Below, piece by piece: positions 27,776-40,652 of a DNA stretch of 63,328 nt. The notes beneath the pieces are model-generated. The model had not been told where the DNA came from, made no database searches, and saw only the letters and a program-made list of their open reading frames with translations. A program made the translations under genes and the position numbers. This stretch comes from Octopus bimaculoides. Taxonomy: Eukaryota. The stretch's first letter is position 1; the number at the start of each line of letters is the position of its first letter. The stretch covers positions 36,285,846 through 36,349,173 of the forward strand of contig NC_068981.1 of assembly GCF_001194135.2 (NCBI RefSeq), given 5' to 3'.

Positions 27776-27812
27776 GGTACATGTTTTGACCCATTCTTGG
27801 TCTCTTCAGGTA
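27776..27812 (-). ncRNA. Degenerate minimal hammerhead-ribozyme motif (Penelope type)
   Basis: The minus strand reads c-CTGAAGA-GACC-aagaatg-GGTC-aAAAC-ATGT-a: the core, a 4-bp stem II and the palindromic ACATGT stem III. The G of GAAA is mutated (a CpG-type change) and stem I pairing is poor. Confidence 0.45.
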
Positions 27813-27948
27813 CATCTATAAAAAGTCTCACTAGAGATTTCTTCAGTTGGCTTATGTACCGCTATATGTCCATCAAATTTAAGAATGACTAAAATCATAT
27901 ATCTATACACACACATATAAATGCATACATACACACACACATGCACAT

Positions 27949-27983
<35 letters not shown>

Positions 27984-28188
27984 CAGACACACACACATAT
28001 AGATGTATACATATGTAATTGGCCCCATTCTCTTTAACACATTAAAGCAGAAGCAGACCCCATAAAGTTCAAGAAATCCTGGACAAACCTTCTACACCCA
28101 GGTATGTCTCCATAAACAATAACTCTCTACTTGAGTGGGCCATGTTGTCCAATTCCTGATTCAAATGACTTGATAGATAGATAGATAG

Positions 28189-28229
<41 letters not shown>

Positions 28230-29436
28230 NNNNNNNNNNNNNNNNNNNNNNNNNNNNNNNNNNNNNNNNNNNNNNNNNNNNNNNNNNNNNNNNNNNNNNN
28301 NNNNNNNNNNNNNNNNNNNNNNNNNNNNNNNNNNNNNNNNNNNNNNNNNNNNNNNNNNNNNNNNNNNNNNNNNNNNNNNNNNNNNNNNNNNNNNNNNNNN
28401 NNNNNNNNNNNNNNNNNNNNNNNNNNNNNNNNNNNNNNNNNNNNNNNNNNNNNNNNNNNNNNNNNNNNNNNNNNNNNNNNNNNNNNNNNNNNNNNNNNNN
28501 NNNNNNNNNNNNNNNNNNNNNNNNNNNNNNNNNNNNNNNNNNNNNNNNNNNNNNNNNNNNNNNNNNNNNNNNNNNNNNNNNNNNNNNNNNNNNNNNNNNN
28601 NNNNNNNNNNNNNNNNNNNNNNNNNNNNNNNNNNNNNNNNNNNNNNNNNNNNNNNNNNNNNNNNNNNNNNNNNNNNNNNNNNNNNNNNNNNNNNNNNNNN
28701 NNNNNNNNNNNNNNNNNNNNNNNNNNNNNNNNNNNNNNNNNNNNNNNNNNNNNNNNNNNNNNNNNNNNNNNNNAGACATATATATACCTACACACACACA
28801 TATATATAAGTACACCAACACACACACATACACACACACACAGCTCAAATAGATTTTTCTGAATAACTACCTGGCTATTGTGATTATCTATCAGTCTGCT
28901 ACCTTTTCTTACTCTGTGTCTCTCTGTAAGTGTATATGTATGTGTGTGTGTATGCATATTTATATATATATATATGTGTGAGTGTGTTGAACCACTAGTT
29001 GATGGGCTTTTGTAAGTAGAATTCATGTGTAGGTGTTAGGATACTTAATTGTCAATACCTCTCTTCACTTAACTGATAGAGGCAAACACAGTAGTCCATT
29101 GTACACAAATAAAGACACAAATGAAATAGACAAATAAACATATTAATGAAACATCCTAACAACATCAGCAACTAAAACATACCCAATAACCAATCAATGA
29201 TTCAATCACACAAACAAGTAACTCAAACAAACATACGAATGAACTTAAACTGAGGTGATCAAATTGTTATAAGTTTATTTTATACATTATGTGTTATGTG
29301 TTCAACAAACTGGGTATTGTCTGCTAAACACAAAGAGAAGAACTGAAAAAAGAAAAGCTTGATTTTTTTTTTCACACTTAAATATACTATTTGTTGTAAG
29401 TTAACTCTGCCTTTATATACTGATTATGATATAAGG

Positions 29437-29752
29437 CAAGTGATTTTTCAACCCTTTTTAATCCATAACACACTGAATAATGTGCTAAAATAATAAAGTG
29501 CTATGGAACACCATCAGCTTTTTAGAAGTTCAATTATGTAAAAACAAGTATCAAAATTGTTTTAGAACAGTCGTTGCTAGCATTGTGCGTTGCCTCAAAG
29601 GAATTAACATGTAACAGTGTATTACATTAAAAACACTCTGCTTTTCTAAATAGCTTAATATTATCCAAATCACCGAAAAAAAACCTTGCAGCACACTTGT
29701 GGACCATATGTGAAACACAAGTGTGCTATGGTGTAATGGTTGAAATATGGTT
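29437..29752. mobile_element. Possible decayed non-autonomous hAT-like element
   Basis: The ends aagtgatttttcaacc and ggttgaaatatggtt resemble CAGTG.TTTTCAACC TIRs; subterminal palindrome gcacacttgtg...acacaagtgtgc. Confidence 0.4.
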
Positions 29753-29899
29753 AATATAAAGACATTGCTTGTATAGAACTAGATCAATTTTTTTCCAGAT
29801 AACTAAAATCAATTAAATCAGATCCTATCAATAATAATGATGATGATGATGATGATAAAACCATTTATTGTAAAATGTTTCTATAATAATATTAATAAT

Positions 29900-30071
29900 T
29901 GCGAACAGTAAAGGTCGTGCCTATAATAATTGGTGTGTTGGGAAAAATGAGCAAAGATATAGACAAATGGCTGAAGGATATTGAAACAGAATGTCTGGTG
30001 GAGCTCCTACAGAAAGTTTGCCTCTTAGGGACAGTAAGGATTATCAGGAAGGTTCTAAGCACTTTGTTTCT

Positions 30072-30109
<38 letters not shown>

Positions 30110-30110
30110 A
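29900..30110 (+). mobile_element. Dong/R4-like LINE, extreme 3' end
   Basis: An open frame reads RTVKVVPIIIGVLGKMSKDIDKWLKDIETECLVELLQKVCLLGTVRIIRKVLSTLFL*, followed by a (GAT)n tail. Confidence 0.88.
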
Positions 30111-30224
30111 TGCACTGTTAAAACCGGATCAACACCCATAATGGCTCTAACAACTAAAAAGATTTTTCTGCTCCTATATGACATCTTTGTCTGTTTTCTT
30201 CCAATCACTTGAAGGTTTACTTTG

Positions 30225-30400
30225 CTCCAGTCAGCTCAGCTGGCAAAAACTGAGTTATAGCTGTAACTCAAAGGGGCTAGCATTGTCACATTCTGTATGA
30301 GGCTGAATCTCCATGAGAACTACATTAATGATATGCATGTCTTTGGAGTACTCAGCCACCTGCACGTTAATTTTATCCTTGTCTGGTAAAGAAAAGTGAA
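30225..30400 (-). mobile_element. Unclassified interspersed repeat (family F); second copy at ~38955-39070 (+)
   Basis: The reverse complement (gtggctgagtactccaaagac...cccctttgagttacag) aligns by eye to ggttgagcattccacaga...tctttgaaatacag at 38.97-39.07 kb. Confidence 0.55.
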
Positions 30401-30449
30401 AGTGACATCCAATGTTTGCTGTAATTATTTGTCTTTGATTCAACAATGT

Positions 30450-30810
30450 ATCTATGTATCTACTTTTCTTTCGCTGTATGTATCAGTCTACTCTGAAAAT
30501 ACTGATAAACATTAAAAAACACAAAACGAACACCACCTTCCTTTCAGTCACCACTCACTGTCTCTCTTTCTGTCTCTCTCTCTCTCTTTCTGTCTCACTT
30601 CCTCTCTGTCCCTCCTCTCTCCCACTTTTAATTTAACGATGTGTGTGTGTGTGTGTGTGTGTATGTATCTACTTTTCTTTCGATATATGCATCAGTCTAC
30701 TCTGAAAATACTGATAAGCATTTAAAAGCAAAAAAAGGAACACCACCTTCCTTTCAGTCACCACTCACTGTCTCTCACTTTCTCTCTCACTTCCTCTCAG
30801 TCCCTTCTCT
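30450..30810 (+). repeat. Local tandem duplication, ~210-bp period
   Basis: tatgtatctacttttctttcg...tcagtctactctgaaaatactgataa...gaacaccaccttcctttcagtcaccactcactgtctctc occurs at ~30450 and ~30660. Confidence 0.9.
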
Positions 30811-30999
30811 CTCCCTCTTTGCCACTCACTTCAACTATACCTCCTCTATCTAACATCTTTTATTTCTCTTTTTCTTTGTACCTCTCCCTTCAACCCTTTT
30901 ACCTCTAAATTATCAGTTCTAAATTAGTGAAAGAATAATTAACAGGTATGAAAGTTGTGTTACTAAAGTTAAAATAGATTTAGACCTTGCTATTAGTGT

Positions 31000-31820
31000 G
31001 TAATATTATCCAGAACATGAAACTCTATAAAGAACTTGGAAAAAGTGCTACTTCATCAAATTTCTAAATAATAAGAAACAAGTACCACAATGATTTAAAC
31101 GAAACATCTGCTAATTTGAATCGTAGATGGCAAACAAAAGCACATTTCTTTAAGTTAACTGAGCACCAGAATAAAGCTGCCACTTGGTTTACAGTGTCCT
31201 AAGATAATAGAAAGAAGAAAACATGACCTGAAGAGGAAACTAACAAAACATTTTCTGAAAGTTGTGGATATTTTGACAAATTTAGAAAAATGATCTGGAA
31301 TCCATAATGTTAAGCTTGTGAAGTGTGATAGTCCACTGAATTGAAAAAAATTAATGAAGATAGTGGTTATGGTGATGAAAAAATTATGAATGTTGATGAA
31401 ACAGGAATATTTTGGAATGCATGATAAAATTTTCTTTGTAAAGAAAGAAAATATTGCAATCAGTGTTCTAAGCGGCTAATGATTGCCAAGCATTTTTATT
31501 GGGTCAAAATGTTGCTGCTGATTTTAAAATTAAAACCCAGAGTGGGTTACCAACCAGAAAACTCATATGTTCTTAAAGGTTTCAACAAACATTCCTTTAC
31601 TAATTCATTAGAATTCAAACTGAAATGGTTTGGTTATAAAATTTGTATTTGGAAATAAGTTCAAGAATTGTTCCTAGTCTTAGAACAAAATGGACCATGT
31701 CACAATGCTAAATTTCTTATCATTGCATCAATAACAAAAATAACCAAATTTTTCCTTTCCCCAACAATAACTGATCCTTTTGGATCCTTAACAGGAGATG
31801 AGACAGTGAGACCTGTCTAA
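31000..31820 (+). mobile_element. Tigger/pogo-type DNA transposase relic
   Basis: Frameshifted translations FSESCGYFDKFRK, GIHNVKL, EDSGYGDEKIMNVDETGIFWN (first D of the DDE_1 domain), LLGQNVAADFKIK and ENSYVLKGFNK, in the pogo order. Confidence 0.8.
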
Positions 31821-31911
31821 CTCATACAAGAATCAAAGAAATCTAAAATGAATTTACCGTTATCATATACATACATACATGCATGCATGCATACATACAT
31901 ACATACATACA

Positions 31912-31942
<31 letters not shown>

Positions 31943-33367
31943 GTGTGTGTGTAAATAGTATATATACATACCTATCTGCTTGTCTATCTATCTATTTATC
32001 TATCTATTTGCATACATACACACACATATGTACACATAATATTCATTTGTCTGTCTACACAAAGATGTGTGCGCGTGTGTATCTGAATATTGTATACAGA
32101 GATATACATACATTGCATGCATACATAGGCTGTATGCACTAATAATTCCTGGAGGAATTATTAGCACTTCTTTTTTTATCATTGTATTTTGAAGGGGTAA
32201 CATATTACTGGCTTCTTTATGTTTACTGTCTATTTACCGGCACTCATCAAAGAAGGAAACAGTGCTTTTTAGTCAGTATTCAAACAGAGTTTCCTTTTAG
32301 CATTCTTTCTATTGGTTAAACTTCTTCTAATTGGTTTTTATTGTATTCTTCGCAGCCAACTGCGCAGAAACACATAGAAACACTTTCAAACTCAATTATA
32401 CACACATCATTAAAGTGTAGACTCTACATACTCCATTGGTGCAGGGAAACTCTCTTTTTCTATTTCACACTCAAATCTCTCTCTTTCTCAAATCTCTCCC
32501 CCTTTTTCTGACATTTTATTATGTTTGCTCTCATCTATGGGAAGATCCTACTAGAAGCCTCTGGAACTAAGCTATTCAAAAGCTATTCAAAGCTATCCAC
32601 TGTAAAAGACAAGACAGCTATTTATCAAACAACAAAAATAAGGAAATGGAAAGCTTTCCCTTTCTCTGAGTCTTCTAATCTATCAATTTTTCTTCCTCAA
32701 ATTTCTTACCTCCCTCTTTCTTAGTCTTTCTTTTTTTCCATTTTTCTTGACCTCTCTCTCTAAGGTTCCATATTCTCTTAGTGTGTTTCCCTGTCTTACT
32801 TACTCTCCCTCAAGTAGTTTTCTTTCTTCAAAACTTTCTCTCCCTCCAGCTAACTATCTTTTTTTACTGTCTATCTCATCCCTTTCTCTCTCAGTCTCCA
32901 TCTTTCTCATTTATTTTTTTACTCTCTTTACATCTCTCTCTCTCTCTCTCTCTCTCCAATTGTATCTTTGACATCTCTATTTCTTATCTCATTTCCTCTC
33001 TCTGCCTAACTGTCTACATATCCTCCCTAAACCTCTCTCTGTCTTCTCATTCTCCCTCCTACTCTTTCCTTGCTCCTGCTCTCTTTCTCTCTTGCTGTCC
33101 TTCAAAGCTTCACTCAGTGAACTGCAAGTTTTTTTTGTTTTCCTCCTCTTTATCAATGAAATGTCAAAAAACTTTAATCTGCATACCCACCCACTTCTCT
33201 TCTCAGCTGTGACAGAGGTAAGAGGGTGTGGCTACCTGGGTAATATTTTATAAATAGGGTAGTAGTCTATCTTTAATTAAAGCTAAGGTTTTTTGACAGT
33301 TATCCTCCACACTTGCTCGTGCAAACAAATGCACACAACACTTAAGTGCATACATGCAGACTATAAA

Positions 33368-33403
<36 letters not shown>

Positions 33404-33644
33404 TATATATGTACATGAGTATGTTGGTACATATATATATATAGCTCAGAGAAGACATACATATGCACATTCATAAATATGAAGCACATATACACACACA
33501 AAAATGCAGTATTCCGTAGACACATATATATCTAATTGTACATAGACTGATGAATCTACTCACATGATGACATTCACACAGACATGCACGTGTGCGTGCA
33601 CACATGCACACACACAAGTCGCTATCACTTTACACATGAATTAC

Positions 33645-33815
33645 AATCAGGTTGAGTGGCTTGTTAGAAACAGCAGCTAAATCTTCTTCAAATTACTCCT
33701 TAAAGTATTGTAAAGAAAAGATACACTGAATAATGTAGACAGGTGTCTGTAATCATAAGTTTGTTCATTTATTCACTTAGGCCTGATCGAGAAGTAAACA
33801 GCCACAACATATCAA
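33645..33815 (+). mobile_element. Unclassified SINE-like repeat (family E); related pieces at 37870-38350 (-), 42405-42480 (+) and 49690-49780
   Basis: Shared motifs gaaa(c/t)agc(a/t)gc.aaatc and ctga(t)cgag(c)ag across the copies. Confidence 0.5.
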
Positions 33816-34061
33816 ACTGATCTGCAAATATACGCATTCCCACACTAACACACACATACATATACATACACAACACATGCACCATACATACACACATCAA
33901 TACACACATCAATACACAATATACATACATGTGGTCATTTATACTGAAGTTTCACATATATCAAAATCAGTTACTATCTTGACTATTTAATTTCCATTTT
34001 ATGTCCTTAATTTTACACCTGGCACTCTTAAAGTATTATACAGTCAAGCACACACACGAAA

Positions 34062-34138
<77 letters not shown>

Positions 34139-34877
34139 TAAAGAGAGAAAAAGGGACAAACAAAATTCTTTGAAGTGTCTATTTTGTGGTTAGCTTTTGA
34201 AAGGAATCAAGAAATACACACATATAATATGCATATGTAAAAATGTATAATGATATAAACACATTTCTACACACACACACACACATACAATGGTATATAT
34301 CTGCCCACACTGAACACAGACACAAACTCATATACACATACACATTCCAAAAATTCACATTGATGCTCAAGTGCTGACATACACATATATACACATACAC
34401 ACATGCATACATAAACTGTCATATACACCTTTACTATAACACATTTATACATACACATACATTAAGCAAATATAAAAAAAAATGTAAAATTTAAATAAAT
34501 ATATAAACAAACAACAGAAGTGGATTAGAACGGTAACAATGGATTTTGATTCCAAGAAACTAAAGTCTGTATGTTGTCTGTCACTTAAAACTGGAGCATT
34601 GAATATATCAGAAATTTGGCATTCTTTCAATAACTTGCCTTTAACTTAATTCTTTTTGTTTATTTTTTGCACATGTTGTTGTGTATATTTCAGGATTGTT
34701 TCATGTGTTAGTAATACAGAAACAAAAGGAGTTTCTTGTGTGTATGTAGTGTATGTGCTTATGTATATAAGTATTAATGTTTGACATACACACATATAAA
34801 AGTATATCATCCTTCATATACAACATTTATTAAAAATTTTCAGTCAGTAGCTGATCAGCTTATATATAATCTTGTAT

Positions 34878-34915
<38 letters not shown>

Positions 34916-34932
34916 CATATATAAACATATAT

Positions 34933-34991
<59 letters not shown>

Positions 34992-35004
34992 TACATACAT
35001 ATTT

Positions 35005-35280
35005 TATCATCATCATCAACATTTAACATCTGTTTTTTTTTTTTTATGCTGACATGGGTTGAATGGCATGACAGGAACTGGCAAGGCCAAGGGCTGCACC
35101 ATGTTCCATAATCTGTTTTGGCTTCGTTTCTACTGCTGGATGCCTTTCCTAATGCCAATGACTTCACAGAGTGTGCTGAACTCTTTTTACATGACACCCT
35201 GGTTTTAGAATCTCAATTACCATTGTGGTGGGTGGGTCTTCTTGAGTACAACAATGTACCACATATCTTGATGCATATAT
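35005..35280 (-). mobile_element. Family A repeat joined to the last codons of an RTE ORF
   Basis: The minus strand reads DMWYIVVLKKTHPPQW*, then one cat.taaaa unit and the family A tail with (GAT)n; compare AWHLAVLKKI at 60.95 kb. Confidence 0.8.
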
Positions 35281-35737
35281 AATCAGTTAGTTGTTCATAA
35301 GTCAGACAAAAAAGCACATTCAATATTTCTCAGCAAATAACAGAAAGGTTATATTTTATATAGCATCAAACGGTATATGACTGGCTGTGGCATATAACTG
35401 GTCAGAATGTTAGAATGGTCAGCCTGAAGTGTCATTGATATTGCAATATTGCCAAAGTGCAATAGTTGGCATGAAACTGACAATAACATTGTGACCAGTT
35501 ATATACCATAACAAGTCAGCATGGCCATAGATCTCAAGTCAAAATGAGTAGAAGTGTAAAGGAGCATGTGAGTTTGTGTGTGGATGCATACATATAGAAT
35601 GGGCCAAAAGTCAACATCAACAACAGGGTATTTTGCTTGTATGTAAGTATATGTGCAGATTTGCAGATTTGTATGTTTCGTTTTATGTATATATTCTCAT
35701 GCATATAGTTGCATATCTAGACATGCTCATATATATT

Positions 35738-36350
35738 TAGATGATAAACTTCTGCAAAATTTTGCAGATCTTTACAGTTCCAGTGATGGATTGGATCCGT
35801 AGTCTTCGAATTAGCTTTCTCCTTTCTGGTTTTGAGAAACCTAATTTCTCAAGATTGGTATTTAGGCAGTGTGTTACATACACCAGGACCCCAATAATTA
35901 CAGGTATAAAACCTGAACTTGTAATCTGGATAGAGTAACTGCAGATTTCTCAAAAGTTCAGTGTAGGTATTCTCTTTTTCTCTGGCCTTCAGCTTTATGT
36001 TAACAGCCGCTGGGCAGCTAATTTCCACAACTGTACACAGTTTCTCTTTTCTATCCCAGATCATTATATCAGGTCTGTTGTGCTTACATTTTATTGAGGT
36101 TTTCATTGAGACATTCCACCAGTATTTCATTGGGACATTCCACCAGTTTTTATTATGAGTGGCTGTCATACTGTGGGTTCTTATTTCTTTGTCCTTGGGG
36201 TTATCCTTCCAATGGATTTCATGATATAGTGTCCGAGCTACATCATGTCTCATCAGTAGATAATACCATGATGATATTTTTGGACTACTGTTTATGATGT
36301 GGGTGATATCTTCGGTGTTAACTCCAAAACTTCTGCATCAATTGTCACAT
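35738..36350 (-). mobile_element. RLE-type LINE 3' fragment from a second lineage: CCHC remnant plus PD-(D/E)xK endonuclease
   Basis: CRSFGVNTEDITHIINSSPK...MRHDVARTLYH...KHNRPDIMIWDRKEKLCTVVEISCP...KAREKENTY; the C-terminus reads SITGTVKICKIL. Confidence 0.88.
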
Positions 36351-37139
36351 TTTACTATATTAACTATATCAACCACATATTTGGCTGATATTTTACTTTA
36401 TTGTTCCCCACCCTCCAAAAATAAAAAAAAGAAAACTGAAAAATAATTTAAATACTAGCAGGTCAATTTCTGTATCTGAATACTGCAATGCTCTGCTGAT
36501 TCTGCCAATCCATCACCCTTAATAATGATGATGATGGTGATGATAATGATAATGATGATAATGATGATGATGATGATTTGCAACTGAGGCTCAGGGCCAC
36601 ATTCTAATGTCCTATTAATAATATTAACAATAAAGATTCTTTTCTTGGGCATAAAGCCAACAATGTAATCAAAGATAGGGGATTGCAGCTGATATAATTG
36701 ACTGAGTATGAATGTAAAAAGCTATATCAAAGTGTGTAGAAACAACATCATAACAATTTTGTCTGAATTGTTCATTGGGAATCGAGTGGAGGTAACCAGA
36801 TGGTGAGAGGGGAAAAAAAGTGGTAGGAAGAAATGCAACTTGGAGAAAGCTTTATTGAGAATGTGAATGTTAAGCTCTTTTAGAAGTTTAAAATCCAATG
36901 TGATTACATAGTAGAATGCAGACATCTTTACACTGGAATAAGAAAGCAGAGAGAGATGGTGGAGGTGGAAACTGAGGAGGAGGGGGAGAAGAAGAAGAAG
37001 AAGGGAGAGATGCGGTATAACTACAAGAATAGCCATCACATGTGACAGTGTAGCTAAATCAACAAAATACAATGAACTTAAAAGAGAAATTAAAAATATA
37101 TTGACAAAACTAAAAAAGAAGAAACTATTCTAATAAAAA

Positions 37140-37280
37140 TGGGATCCCTAGGAGTGGCTAGCAAGAATTTAAAGGAGTTTAGAAAATAGGTGGAAATATA
37201 TATATATCATTTGCAATGTTTCTAAAAGACATCTTTTGGTTGAAATAACCAGAATATTGACAAGTAGGGGTTGTGTTTGA
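37140..37280 (+). mobile_element. Highly decayed Dong-like 3' end
   Basis: GSLGVASKNLKEFRK...FLK resembles the GALG.V.K.L...LQK terminus of the other copies. Confidence 0.35.
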
Positions 37281-38480
37281 AGTGCATCCACTTCCAATCT
37301 TTAAACCTAAGATCACATTTACATTCAAGATTCTACCACTGTCTGTCCTCAAAATTATATAGCTACTATTTTTGTAAACCAACCAAGGCAAACTATACTG
37401 CCATCTATCCTCTTGGACAAACTTTATATACACTTAGAAGGCTAAAGTACCAGAAGAAAAGGATGTTGGAGTGAACATAAAAATATAAATAAGATTAACA
37501 ACTAACTAACCATAGAACACTGTCATCAAAAAGAGTAATAAAAGAGCAATGATGAACAATTAACAGAACAGTGTCAGACTAAAGTAGCAGAAATTCAGGT
37601 GAACTAAAATAACTAAAAACTATTTCAATGAAAACATAAATATTTAAGAATAAGATAAAGAAGAGCCTGGAGCAATGGAAAAGAAAAAAACAAAACAAAA
37701 AAACAAAAAAATGGGATCGAAAATAATTAAAATAATAGCAACTATCTCTTCTGCTTTTCCTAGCACCCACTTCCACAGCATATCTTATGAAAATTTCTCA
37801 CCTCCTTGTCTCTCTCTTCAGTATACTTGTTTTTGTGATGTAGAGATATTTTCTGGAGGTAGATATGTTGTTATTTTTGTTGCTGGTTGGCTGGTGGTCA
37901 GTCCTAACTGAGCAGACCTATGATCAAAAGCATTCAAATCATGATAATCTGGTCTTCTTTTTTGTCTTTTCCCCAGACATGATGTTATCTAAGACTAGTT
38001 CATCCCATGTGTCCTTCCTTTTTCAAGATGGTAATATGATTTGTTGAAAATTTGGTTAATGTTTCCTCCAGTCACATAAAGTTTATACTGTAGGTTTGTG
38101 TTGGTATGTGTGCATCAGTGAACTATGTTTGTTGTCATAGTTTAGTTCCAAGTCAGCTCTGATTATGCAGAACTATGATCAGAGTAATTCCAACTAGAAT
38201 TACCTTGTTTTCTTTTATATTTTGTTCCTTTTGTATATCTAGGATTGCACTGTCTAATATACTTCACTTTTTTAAGAGTGAGGTGTGAATTGAGATAAAT
38301 TTGGTTACTGTTTCTGAGAGGTAGAACAACCACATAAAGGTTCCCTCACTGGTTCATGTAGTACAATATTGGCATTCCACATTTATTGGTGGTCATATAG
38401 TGCTTGTCTTTTATAAGTATATTTTCTTAGCAGGATTTTAAATTCCTAGTAATATTAATTGTTTCTGTAAAGAAGGCAAA

Positions 38481-38513
<33 letters not shown>

Positions 38514-39375
38514 GATATGTAAAATATTATTATTTTTCGCTTAGTCTTAAGATTAACAAACCATTCATACAAAACACACACACGTGCACACGCATACACA
38601 TACACACACACATATATAATACATATGTATCCATACATAGTCTATTGGTTTCCTGTCAGGGACTGATAAAAAAACCAATAGATTATTTGTACAACATGTA
38701 AAGAAGATGTATTTAGTTGATAGAACTGTTTTCAGTTCAGTGTCAATTTTTAATAGAACTTGAACTGATATTTCAACAGTAGGAAACTAAATGTTGTAAT
38801 AATGATTAGTATCATTAACACAGAGTTTCATAATGACATGTAGTTAACTTAATTGTTACTGAAATTTAACTGGTTCTTTCTTTTTAAACAATGAGGGACC
38901 AACTGTCAGTTTTAGTTATGAGCATTCAGTTACTTGACCACTGAATTATCTGCTCATTAAATTATCAAATATCTGGTTGAGCATTCCACAGATATTTATA
39001 CCCTTATCAGAATCCTAAAGCTGAATCATCATGACACAGTGTCTAATAAGACCGTTTCTTTGAAATACAGATGCAATCCATCTGATTTTTTATCACTCAT
39101 GTAGATGTACAATATCGTCCAGAAATAAATAAGTTAGCATAAGTAAAAATGAATAACTGGGGTTATTTATACAGAATAGATTATAAAATACCATAAGGGT
39201 TTAGATCAATGCTCTACTGTTAGTGTTATAATAATGCTAACAATTATGATACACAATCAGGAGAGCACAACATGCAATAAAAACAGATTGACTTTATTGA
39301 ACTGATGAAATCATGTTTAGTTCAATAAACAAAGTCAATCTGTGTTTTATTACATTTCACAATCTTTACAGGATT

Positions 39376-40594
39376 ATGAAAGGAGAAATGAGAAAGAAAG
39401 TCACTAAAGAGCACAAGAGGAGAATTAAGAAGGTGCTCAAAACAAAATTAAATGGAGAGAACATTGTTAAAGGTTTAAATATCTAGGCTATATCAGGACT
39501 GAGATACTCAGCTCCCTTTCTGAAATGAACAAAGGTTAAGCTACAGACCTTGGATAGAAGAACTACAGAGCTGCCTACAATACACAATGCATTCCACTCT
39601 AAAAGCAATATCAGCTGACTCTACCTACCAAGAAAGGAAGGTGGTAGAGGTTTATTATATGTAGGAGACTCTGTTAATACTGCAATGCTGAGTCTAAAAC
39701 ATAATGTTGTGCAGAGTAAAGAAAGAATACTACTGGCAGCCAGAGATACCCAAAAAGTGACTGAAACAATAGGAAAATTTAAAGAGAACAGGAAGAACAA
39801 CAGAACAAACAAATGAAAAGAAATGGAACTATAAGGCCAATTCAAATTGAGAATGCTGGAAGTAAACATTGCTGGCTATGGTTGATGGATGGGAACTTGA
39901 AATAAGACAGAAACAAGCCTTTAGAATAAATCTGATAAAGGTAAAGATTGACAAAACTCAGTCGGACAGCAAATGTAGAATATTTGGGGAAACAGATGAA
40001 AGTATCAATCAACTTTTGAGTGAGTGCACCATACTAGCACAAAAGGAGTATAAGCACAGAAAATGACTGTATAGGTGAAAGAGTGTATTGGGATGTTAGC
40101 TGAGTGTATGACTTAAAAACAACAGAAGAGTGGTATGAATATGAAGCAGTGACTGTAATAGAAAATAAGAATTACAAAATCTAGTGGGGTTTCCTCACAA
40201 AGACTGACCATACTATTAAAGCAAGAGCACCAGATATTATCATAGAGGACAAAATAAATGGTATAAGATCATATATTTTGCAATTTCCTATGATAACAGA
40301 GCTGATACCAAAGAAATTGAAAAAACTGAGAAATATCAGGATCTAGTTAGAAAGCTGAGGAAACTGTGGAAGTCTAAAACAGTAGTTATTCCTGTAGTAA
40401 TTGGTGCATTTAGCATAACACTCAAAATGCTACCTAAAAGACTGAAAGAGATTGGAATTGAAACTTTGCATTGTTAATCTGCAGAAAAGTACTGTACTAT
40501 GTTCTGCAATATAAGGAAAATTCTTGAGATATCAGGGGACTTGTCACCTAGCATCAAGATAAAATATTTGCTAACTAAATCAGCATGCATTAGC

Positions 40595-40650
<56 letters not shown>
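39376..40650 (+). mobile_element. Dong/R4-like RLE LINE, 5'-truncated 1.27-kb copy with (AAT)n tail
   Basis: KKVLKTKLNGENIVKGLN, LYLPRKEGGRGLL, CRIFGETDESINQLLSECTILAQKEYKHR (zinc-knuckle remnant), KARAPDIII, YQDL, VIPVVIGAF; (AAT)n at 40596-40650. Confidence 0.92.

Positions 40651-40652
<2 letters not shown>

Noticed and set aside
26857-29026. Long ORFs of 230-299 aa
   Set aside because: They run through N gaps. The same applies to ORFs at 47.1, 49.9-50.4, 51.3-52.0 and 55.6-56.4 kb.
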